DNA of 64,000 bases from a candidate division WOR-3 bacterium (GTDB lineage: Bacteria > Hydrothermota > Tepidihabitantia > Tepidihabitantales > Tepidihabitantaceae), in assembly GCA_965648905.1 (NCBI GenBank), contig CBFGIT010000004.1, forward strand, positions 64,001-128,000, given 5' to 3'. This document shows positions 57,501-64,000 of this stretch, piece by piece. Under the pieces are notes generated by a model. The model was given only the letters and a program-made list of their open reading frames with translations, did no database searches and was not told the origin of the DNA. The first letter of the stretch is position 1; every line of letters starts with the position of its first letter. The translations under genes and the position numbers were made by a program.

Positions 57501-58971
57501 GGTTGGTGAGTTCATGCAGGAGCCCGACCATGAACGCACCGGAACCGACCGCCGGGTCACAGCAGCGCAGACCCTTGAGCAGGTCCACGAGGCGCGAGCC
57601 TTCTTCCGGCGAGAGAAGCCGCCTCAGCATCTCCATTTCTTCTCGGTCCAATCCGTCGGATGAGTCCAAGCCGACCAGTTGACGGAGGCGGGTCGGCCAG
57701 TCCGGGCTGTCAAGCCGTGGCCGCAGGTACTGGTACAGCACCTCGCGGCAGATGAAGTGAACTACGATGCGCGGCGTGTAGTAGGACCCGGTCGCCTTGC
57801 GCTTGTCCGGCGCAACCGCGTCCGGGTCAGCCGATTCGGCATGAAGCACAATCGACTCGAAGACCTTGCCGAGCATTTCCGGGTCAACCGCGACTTCCTG
57901 GTTCAGGGGCGTGTCCTCGCGCACCGTGAAGTTGAATGCTTCCAGGAACTCGTCGAAAACCCGGGCAAAGGTCGAGTTGCGCACCGGCAGGGGCGGGTTG
58001 TCTTTCTTCCGCCGGGGCGAGGGCTCGAACTCGTCGTCGTTGAACAGACCGCCGTTCAGGAACGGAACGTCTTCCCAGCGCTCAAGACCGCTGTGGCCGG
58101 CACTGCTCAGGGACCAGAAGAGCTTTTCCAGGAACTCGCTGTAGTAGCTGCATTCCTTGGGCCTGGCGCGGTGTGGCTCAAAGTTCCTGAGCAGGAAGTC
58201 TGAGTCCTGCCTGAGCCACCCCCGGTTCTGGACAAAGTAGAGGAAAATGAGCCGCTCCAGGAGCAACTGCGCTGCCGAGTAGGCGTCAGCAGACTTGAAT
58301 CGGCCCAGCTTCTCAAGGTCGCCCTTTATGAGCTCCAGGGCTTGGTCGAACTGCCGGAAGAAGCTGCGGGTGAGTGGTTCTTTGTCGAACGCCTTGGCCC
58401 ATGCCTTGACCCAGGCTGCCTTGTCGGCCTCATCTTCAGGCCAGGCCAGACAGGGCAGGTTTTCGGTGACCGCGGTGCGGGCCGGCGCGCCCAGGGTCCA
58501 GCCAAAGGTCGCGAGCTTTGCCTCGCTGACCTTGCCTGTGCCGAACGTGTCGCGAAACATCGCGAAGACGTACTGCTGGTAGTTGTGCGTGCAGATGAAG
58601 AGGATATTGCCCAGGTTCCATGAGGGCAGGTTCGCTTCCTTGCGTCGGGAGGCGACGAGTCGGCGCAGGACTGCGCGCAGGGGCGTGCCGAATCCGCGCG
58701 TCTCAAACACCTTGGGCTCGTCGAATTCGAGCAGGAAAATCCCCCACGGCTGGTCACCACGTGGCCGCAGGAGTATCTCGTAGGCTCGGGCCTTGTGCTG
58801 GGTCGCGCACGAGCCGACTTCGTCGCTGGTCCATTCGTAGGCGATGTCTGTTGGCTGTGCTGCAGCCGGGTCAATCGGCCAGCAAAGCCCGTCGCGCAGC
58901 AGCCCGACCGCAAAGGAGCGGAAGTCGGTCGCAGTTTTGAGCGCAGCTTCGAGGCGGGTGGCGGTGGTCAT
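54505..58971 (-). CDS. Large N6-adenine DNA methyltransferase (Eco57I/type IIG-like N-half, BREX-2 PglX-like C-half)
   Basis: 'PFLNGGLF', 'DPEMLGKVFE', 'GSYYTP', 'DPAVGSGAF', 'GNPPF'; 'IEQPVYKRRW', 'RGKLNVPRERF'. Confidence 0.85.
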   Translation of the reverse strand: MTTATRLEAALKTATDFRSFAVGLLRDGLCWPIDPAAAQPTDIAYEWTSDEVGSCATQHKARAYEILLRPRGDQPWGIFLLEFDEPKVFETRGFGTPLRAVLRRLVASRRKEANLPSWNLGNILFICTHNYQQYVFAMFRDTFGTGKVSEAKLATFGWTLGAPARTAVTENLPCLAWPEDEADKAAWVKAWAKAFDKEPLTRSFFRQFDQALELIKGDLEKLGRFKSADAYSAAQLLLERLIFLYFVQNRGWLRQDSDFLLRNFEPHRARPKECSYYSEFLEKLFWSLSSAGHSGLERWEDVPFLNGGLFNDDEFEPSPRRKKDNPPLPVRNSTFARVFDEFLEAFNFTVREDTPLNQEVAVDPEMLGKVFESIVLHAESADPDAVAPDKRKATGSYYTPRIVVHFICREVLYQYLRPRLDSPDWPTRLRQLVGLDSSDGLDREEMEMLRRLLSPEEGSRLVDLLKGLRCCDPAVGSGAFMVGLLHELTNLRRLAQTAANGYVDPARQKGSGWLHQTKAEIIENCLFGVDIQQQAIEICMLRLWLSLVVDYDIGLNPFEADRAAFLAALKDISQLPNLEMNFKRGDSLHDHICGVPVVILPGRVHEQQKLFDAIHSLGARLHKARSWGSKRKLRLEILKKRLEVSEAVINTQLKALRHEDSTLANMFGEGKSEADRRKRIAHETEQLEAALKKIRSDMAARDQLEQQPLDHAFIQKLRKLEGASFDAPFNFAWRIDFPQVFFPGKGEGSGFDIIVGNPPFVTARNPAKRELYRARWQPYCYQKFLLLVPFFPLSFGLLKPGGELGFIVSNAFAKREFGKPLVEQFFPKVNLQKVVDCSGLMFPGHGTPTCLVFGANTKPDPDTPIRVAALLPGGGDLRTPPEESKVWHTLEQRHDAPGFSSEQVVVADRSHRAMGKWPWNLDSGAEPTRKLLEDSGKRLVSLTEGQVGPSTITRSDEVFIQPPHLLRKAGIEPELIRPLAAGDSVRNWSLVDTETVIFPYRSDYGRLTLPVHSAFRRFMQHYRNYLENVIIFDKPKKATGVAWWEYTDPYPEKNTPPRFLGFSEIATHAHFLVNAMPVIYPRTAPVVRLPKASTDTDYHALSAMANSSTALFWLKQVCFSKRESEQPEKDTYYVFAGGKVEQLPVPERVAQALKGEWNPLAKRLSELAEACWKRGQVLPTLAMKKLFEKPGEAYHEWNSSLPGYEKPHPAIGKPFGSAEELKQAYDRVVAEREKLRSEMIALQEEMDWLVYTAYGLLPEGHAAAPLDHEPEPLDKDQRPYRLWQAAEGDFARAIRLIPSHLSNQTKRLWRERLAAIRDNEHIRRIEQPVYKRRWDEQWKVKNRWECGPVAYQQELADAFEWWLLEKAEWYLEHRKDGGPVELSDWAHSLWNDKRVQAAVEVVAPSSAGIVAFTGLLRTVVDAETVPAGIPFAKPWDELERSFVKSDLNKARRIRGKLNVPRERFHLVSKGVYKWAGLLFRHKDAQQQG

Positions 58972-58974
58972 AGC

Positions 58975-59730
58975 CTATCGGTCGGATCGGACCGATCCGA
59001 CGGATCCGTCCAATGGCCGCGTGCCCTTGCACGCGGGAAAGCCCGAGCAACCCCAGAACTGCCGGCCGACACGCGCGCCTGTGCGCGCCGTGCGCAGGGC
59101 CATCGGCCTGCCGCAGAGCGGGCAGTTGGGCAAAGACCGATCAGACTGATCCGACCGATCGGACCGATCAGTCAGGGCTTTGGCGCGCTCGGCAATCCGG
59201 GCGGCGGCAAGCTGCTCGGTGTAGCCGCCTTGTTTCACAAGGTCGCGCTCTAAGGCGGCGACTTGACGGTCGAGCAGATAGTTGGCCTGGTGAATCAGGC
59301 AGATGATGGCATTGGCGACAACTGCAGGGTCGGGCGAGGAGAGCCAGGCGGAATAATCGGACGGATCGGACCGATCCGTCGGATGATGCCGACCCACCGC
59401 GCGCACCGCGAGCGCCTCCGGATCGTCTCTGCCCCACTGTTTGAAGCCGCGCTGGCGCAGAACGTCTTCGTAGTCGAGCAGGAGTTCGTCGAGGCTGGCC
59501 CGGGCGACATTTACCAGGCGGAGCTCGGTCTGGCTTGAAGTCGCGGCGGCACGGCTGCCTTCGGCAATGTTCTGGCGGCCAGAACGCGCTGCCTGCACCA
59601 TCTGATCGCGCGTGCGCGAGTGCTTGTCCACAAACCGGTTGCAGAAGTCCACCGTAGCATCGTAGATGACGGTCGCCACCTGAAAGGAACGCAGGTCGCG
59701 GTACCCGCCACTGGGTCGCAGTCGTTTCAC
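58975..59730 (-). CDS. Four-helix-bundle protein with suffix domain and a C-terminal topoisomerase-type C4 zinc ribbon
   Basis: 'GGYRDLRSFQ', 'DQMVQAARSGRQNIAEG', 'ARASLDELLLDYED', 'GGYTEQL', 'CPLCG..FWGCSGFPAC'. Confidence 0.9.
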   Translation of the reverse strand: MKRLRPSGGYRDLRSFQVATVIYDATVDFCNRFVDKHSRTRDQMVQAARSGRQNIAEGSRAAATSSQTELRLVNVARASLDELLLDYEDVLRQRGFKQWGRDDPEALAVRAVGRHHPTDRSDPSDYSAWLSSPDPAVVANAIICLIHQANYLLDRQVAALERDLVKQGGYTEQLAAARIAERAKALTDRSDRSDQSDRSLPNCPLCGRPMALRTARTGARVGRQFWGCSGFPACKGTRPLDGSVGSVRSDR

Positions 59731-62700
59731 CCCACCTCCAGCCAGCAGACCAGCTCAGGTTTGAGCGACGGCGGCAGGCCCCGGTCGCGCATCAGCTTGC
59801 GCGGCTTCGCCTCGACTGCCTGGAGCTCGGGCTTGAGCGCAGACACGCCCAGCCTGACTGCACGCGGCTCAGACATCTCACAGCGCACTGCAGGCCAGGT
59901 CTGGTCTAGTGCCTCGTGGATTGCACCAGTCTTGCGCTCGCGGAAGTACCAGCGGACCTCAGACGACTTCTTTTCCGCATCAGTCCAGACCCGCCAGGCG
60001 CAGAACAGGCCTGGTTTCACCCGGGCCGGATGAGCCCGACCTGAGAAGAGCCGTCGCGGCAGATCGGGCAGGCTGGCGTAGAGGTCTGGATGCTCGCGCT
60101 CGATCGCCTCAAGTTCGAGGCGGAGCTTCTCTTCGGTGCTCTCCTGACCCTCGTAGGCTTCATTGAACTCCTTCAGGGTCATGTCCGGGTCGTCGGGGGT
60201 GAGCAGCGCGCCTTCGATACCCAGGGCTGCGTTGATGCGCAGCACCTTGCCGGTGACCCGGCGGAACAGACCGAGGATATCCTCAAGGTCCTGGGGCGGC
60301 AGGAAATTCCAGAAGAATATCTTGCGGTCGAGAAACGCGGGGCGGTTGAGGCGGCGTTCGATTGCCAGGTCAAGCCGACGGTCAACACGACCGATGCGCT
60401 GGATAAGTCGAACCGGGTTCCAGTGCAGGTCGTAGTTGACGAGCAGCGCCGCATCCTGCAGGTTCAGACCTTCGGACAGCACGTCGGTCGAGATGAGAAT
60501 GTTGATGGGCTGTTTCAGATACTCCTCAACCTGGCCCGGCTCGCAGTTGTAGAAGGGAGCGAAGCGGCGGATGACTTCTTCGCGGTCAAGCTTGCGCGTC
60601 GAGTCAATCTCCTCGACCGCAGGCAGACCCGCCACGTCGGCCAACTGGCGGCGCAGGTAACGGGCCGTGGCACGAAACTCGGTGAAGATGGCGACCTTCT
60701 GGCCACGGATGTCGGGCGCATCTGCTTCGGGTTCGCCGGTCAGCAAGGCGAGCAACTGCTGCAGTTTGTCGTCTTTGGTCGGGTCTTCTCGGCCCTCGGC
60801 CGTGTAGAACCGCTTGGCAATCTTGGCCAGAAACTCCAGGAGCACGTTCATGTCCTCGACAAGGTCGGCGAGCAACCGGCCCATGTTATGCTCAGTCGGG
60901 TTGACCCGCTGCGCCTCGGGCAGGTCGTTCTCCTCCTCGTCCTCGTCGCCTTCGAGCTCGAGCCGCTCGCGCTGGTGGTCCTTGATGCGGTTCCAGTGGC
61001 GGTCATTGGCTGTTACCCAGCCATCGAACTTGTCTGGTGCATAGGCTCGGAGGAACTGGGCCATTTTGACCAGGAGGTCCTCAACCGATGCCTCGAACGC
61101 TTTGTAGGAGCTTTCCAGGCGCTTGAGCAGCAGGGTGCGGATAAGGCCGACGACCTTGCGCTGGTCCAGCAGCCTGCGCTCTTCAGGCTCGCCAAGCTTG
61201 TAAGCCTCGGTGCAGTACAGGGCAAGGTTCAGAAAGGGCGTGTCCCGGCTGAAAGCCTGCTTGATTTCCTCGTAGATGGAGGCGTAGACCTTGCGCAGCG
61301 AGTAGCGGACAACGCGCGGCCGCTGGCGCACCGGGAAGACCGGCTCGTTGGCCCGGCCCTGCTCTGACGCCTTGACGTACCGGCGGCTGCGCTGAATGAG
61401 AACGGCCTTGAATAGTTGCTGCTCAGCAAGGAACTGCTCCACGGCCCGCAGGTCTTTCCAGTCGCCGAGCTCGATGGCGTTCTCGAACTGCCGGTCCGGG
61501 CCGGAAAAGATACGCCGGTAGTCGTGCACGCCCAGGCGGCTGAAATGGTCTTTGGTCGGCGCAAAGTAGTTGATGAGATGGTAGAGGTCGAGCAGGCTGT
61601 TATTGACCGGCGTGGCAGTGAGCAGGAACACCTGCTTTCCCGGGTTGCCCGCGCGCAGCAGGCGGGCGAGCAGCCTGCTGCGGTTTGAAGACGGGGTGCG
61701 GAAGTGATGGGCTTCGTCGATGATGACCACGTCGGTATCGCGGCTCAACTCGGCGAGCTTGTCCGGAGAAATCGTGTCCTCGCGGCCGAAGTCGGTGTGA
61801 CGACGTACCGAGAACAACTGGCCGTACTCGGTGCGGTAGATGTACTTGAGCAGCGGGTCGGGGTTCTTGGCCGACGGCTTCCAGTGGCGCTCCCAGACGC
61901 TTTCCTGGGCCGACTTCGGCACAATCAAGAGCACCCGTTTGCGGTCATGAACAAACCGCTCTAGGAGCATCAGCCCGATATAGGTCTTGCCCAGACCGAC
62001 GCCATCGCAGACCAGGGCGCCGCCCCAAGCCTGCCCCATTTCGACCGCAATACGATAGCCGTCCTGCTGATACCTGGAGAGCCGCGGCCAGACCCGGCTC
62101 TCACGCTGCTCCCAGTCGGTAACCGGTGCTTCGCGGCCGGTGAGATACTCATAAAGCGCCTTGGCGTAGACCTCGAACGGCGAGAACGCACGCGTGTGCC
62201 GCCGGATGATTTCGACCGCCTCGGTGTTCAGGAGCTTCTCATCAGCGTCCTGCCACATCGCGGCAAACCACTGGGACAGCTCCTTGATGTGTACCTGGTC
62301 GGTCGTGAGCAGGTTGAGCTCCACGTTGCTACAAAGCCCGGCCCGGGTGAAGTTGCTTGAGCCGATGACCGCGAAGTCAACCGGGTTCGGCGGCAGCGTG
62401 CTGAACAGGCAGCACTTGGCGTGGAACCGCTCACGCGTATAGGCACGAACCTCGATCTGCCGAGCGTCGAGCGCGGCCCGGACCGCCTCAATTCCGGTGA
62501 GTGCATCGTCGGTCGTCTTGTGCGCTTCCAGCGACTCGTCGTTGAGTCGCACGAACGCAGCCGCGAGTTCTTGGCGGGTTGTGCGGCCGGCAACATCGCC
62601 GAGCAGGATTCTAATCTTGGCTATCTTCTGCCAAGCACCGTCCAGAGAGAGCAGTGCGCCCAGCTCAAGAAAGCCGGTGGCCACGTCAAGGTTCCTGGTT

Positions 62701-62792
62701 ATCTGGGCAATCTGGACGATGGCGTCGCGCAGGGTGACCTCGCCCTGGTTGTCGATAATGGTGGACAGTTTGCCCGACGAGCTGCGGTGCAT
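59727..62792 (-). CDS. PLD-nuclease domain fused to an SNF2-family helicase
   Basis: 'HAK..GSSNFT..NVELN'; 'DGVGLGKT', 'DEAH', 'TATP', 'SEGLNLQ', 'QRIGRVDR'. Confidence 0.9.
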   Translation of the reverse strand: MHRSSSGKLSTIIDNQGEVTLRDAIVQIAQITRNLDVATGFLELGALLSLDGAWQKIAKIRILLGDVAGRTTRQELAAAFVRLNDESLEAHKTTDDALTGIEAVRAALDARQIEVRAYTRERFHAKCCLFSTLPPNPVDFAVIGSSNFTRAGLCSNVELNLLTTDQVHIKELSQWFAAMWQDADEKLLNTEAVEIIRRHTRAFSPFEVYAKALYEYLTGREAPVTDWEQRESRVWPRLSRYQQDGYRIAVEMGQAWGGALVCDGVGLGKTYIGLMLLERFVHDRKRVLLIVPKSAQESVWERHWKPSAKNPDPLLKYIYRTEYGQLFSVRRHTDFGREDTISPDKLAELSRDTDVVIIDEAHHFRTPSSNRSRLLARLLRAGNPGKQVFLLTATPVNNSLLDLYHLINYFAPTKDHFSRLGVHDYRRIFSGPDRQFENAIELGDWKDLRAVEQFLAEQQLFKAVLIQRSRRYVKASEQGRANEPVFPVRQRPRVVRYSLRKVYASIYEEIKQAFSRDTPFLNLALYCTEAYKLGEPEERRLLDQRKVVGLIRTLLLKRLESSYKAFEASVEDLLVKMAQFLRAYAPDKFDGWVTANDRHWNRIKDHQRERLELEGDEDEEENDLPEAQRVNPTEHNMGRLLADLVEDMNVLLEFLAKIAKRFYTAEGREDPTKDDKLQQLLALLTGEPEADAPDIRGQKVAIFTEFRATARYLRRQLADVAGLPAVEEIDSTRKLDREEVIRRFAPFYNCEPGQVEEYLKQPINILISTDVLSEGLNLQDAALLVNYDLHWNPVRLIQRIGRVDRRLDLAIERRLNRPAFLDRKIFFWNFLPPQDLEDILGLFRRVTGKVLRINAALGIEGALLTPDDPDMTLKEFNEAYEGQESTEEKLRLELEAIEREHPDLYASLPDLPRRLFSGRAHPARVKPGLFCAWRVWTDAEKKSSEVRWYFRERKTGAIHEALDQTWPAVRCEMSEPRAVRLGVSALKPELQAVEAKPRKLMRDRGLPPSLKPELVCWLEVG

Positions 62793-62884
62793 AGTGGCGC
62801 AACTATAGACCGGGTCAAGGCCAAGGTCAAGAACCGGGCTGCTGTACGCTTGACCCGGCACAGTTGCCGGGTATCTTGTGGCTG

Positions 62885-64000
62885 ATGCACCGGCGCGTGG
62901 TCTTGTTGTTGCTCGGCCTGATTCTGGCCGGAGCCCTGGCCCTGCGGCTGACCGGCATCAACTGGGGCGTGCCCAGAGCGCCGCATTTCAGGAACTACTT
63001 TCAGGACGAGCGGTTTGTGCTGGGCCTTTTGTTCCAGATGAATCCGGCCCGGCTGGACCTCGACCCGCACTACTACGTCAACCCCAGCCTGCACTACTAC
63101 ACCCTGCTGGCCGCTTTCGTCAAGGCCAATGTCGTCGGCCTGGGACTGACTTTGCCCGTGGCTGAAGACAATCCGTTCAAGCCCACAGCGCTCGCGGCCC
63201 GCACCTACACCGGCCTGTTCCTGGTCGGCCGGGCCCTGGTCGTGATTCAATCTGTGCTTACAGTCCTGTTGCTGTTTCTCATCGGCCGCAGGCTGTACGG
63301 CAGCAGGGCCGGACTCGTCTCTGCGCTGCTCATGGCGACAAGCTATCCGTGCGTGTACCAGTCGCACTTTCTTGTCACCGACGCGCCGGCTGTGTTCTGG
63401 ATGGTTCTGGCATTGTACTTCCTGGTTCGACTCAGGGCCGAGCCCGGACGCCGGGTGTGGAAAGTGCTTGCGCCGGTCAGCATCGGGCTGGCCATCGGCG
63501 CGAAGTACACGAACGTGCTGCTCGTCCTGCCGTACCTGTACGTGCTGTTTACAGCCCGGTCTGGAGCACGGAGAACGCCGGCTGGTCCGGTGGTCACACG
63601 CGCACTCAAGGGTGCGCTGCTTGCTGCCGGTGCGTTCCTCATCACCACGCCTTATACCTTGCTGTCTTTGCCACGGTTTCTTTCCGGCGATGAGAGTGGC
63701 TTTGGCGGCATCTTCGGCGCGCGCGGGCTCGTCTACTACAATAACTTCCCGCCCGGCCTGGTCGAGCCGTTCCTGGTCGCGACCCCGGCCGCGCTTGGCA
63801 CCCTCGGCGCGGTTCTGTTCGGCATCGCGGTTGTGCTCGCTATGCTGCGCCGAAACGAGTCAGACCTGGTCCTGCTGTCCTTCATCGTGCCGTTCTATCT
63901 GCTGCTCGTGCTCAAGTCTTCGACCATGCTCAGGCACATCCTGCCGGTGCTGCCGTTTGCGTTCCTCGTCATGGCCGGGGTGTTGAGCGAGGACATGACC
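62885..64000 (+). CDS. Membrane glycosyltransferase (ArnT/PMT, GT-C fold), 3'-partial
   Basis: MHRRVVLLLLGLILAGALALRLTGINWG..FQDE..; multiple TM helices; 'GLAIGAKY'; open to the window end. Confidence 0.8.
   Translation, partial: MHRRVVLLLLGLILAGALALRLTGINWGVPRAPHFRNYFQDERFVLGLLFQMNPARLDLDPHYYVNPSLHYYTLLAAFVKANVVGLGLTLPVAEDNPFKPTALAARTYTGLFLVGRALVVIQSVLTVLLLFLIGRRLYGSRAGLVSALLMATSYPCVYQSHFLVTDAPAVFWMVLALYFLVRLRAEPGRRVWKVLAPVSIGLAIGAKYTNVLLVLPYLYVLFTARSGARRTPAGPVVTRALKGALLAAGAFLITTPYTLLSLPRFLSGDESGFGGIFGARGLVYYNNFPPGLVEPFLVATPAALGTLGAVLFGIAVVLAMLRRNESDLVLLSFIVPFYLLLVLKSSTMLRHILPVLPFAFLVMAGVLSEDMT

Noticed and set aside
56239..61367. Long plus-strand ORFs 56239-57663 and 60090-61367
   Set aside because: Antisense shadows of the methyltransferase and helicase
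54505..62792. Complete BREX or DISARM system
   Set aside because: No pglZ, brxC/pglY, pglW, drmA or drmB in the locus, and both flanks are unrelated genes

Overview
GC-rich bacterial window, most likely from an anaerobic candidate-phylum WOR-3-like organism. This is an inference from its T9SS-type C-terminal domains, C25 peptidase, Omp28-like proteins and PQQ-propeller genes. Layout: (1) 1-8 kb, a partly decayed island of surface proteins and lipoproteins; (2) AlkD-family repair gene, S41 peptidase and a large repeat protein; (3) 16.2-24.7 kb, a selenium-linked operon of methyltransferase, double-cubane-type reductase plus ATPase activator, a small UxxC selenoprotein candidate missed by the ORF track, two Omp28/thioredoxin-like CxxC proteins, DUF3343, YedF and Sec-containing SelD; (4) a convergent MacB-type ABC/FMN-binding/porin operon with a sigma54-type promoter; (5) an alpha/beta-hydrolase-subtilase fusion, a lipoprotein cluster and a 2137-aa gingipain-like protein; (6) a trimeric [FeFe]-hydrogenase with non-bifurcating signatures; (7) a PLD-SNF2 helicase plus PglX-like methyltransferase defence pair with a four-helix-bundle gene between them. 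Several families of short non-coding repeats are scattered through the window: GGGACAGTCCC-type palindromes (one inserted in frame in the AlkD gene), heptamer and nonamer arrays, and ~300-bp elements made of a conserved head plus degenerate 12-mers. No rRNA, tRNA, CRISPR array or transposase was seen. All family assignments come from motif recognition by eye; no database search was run.
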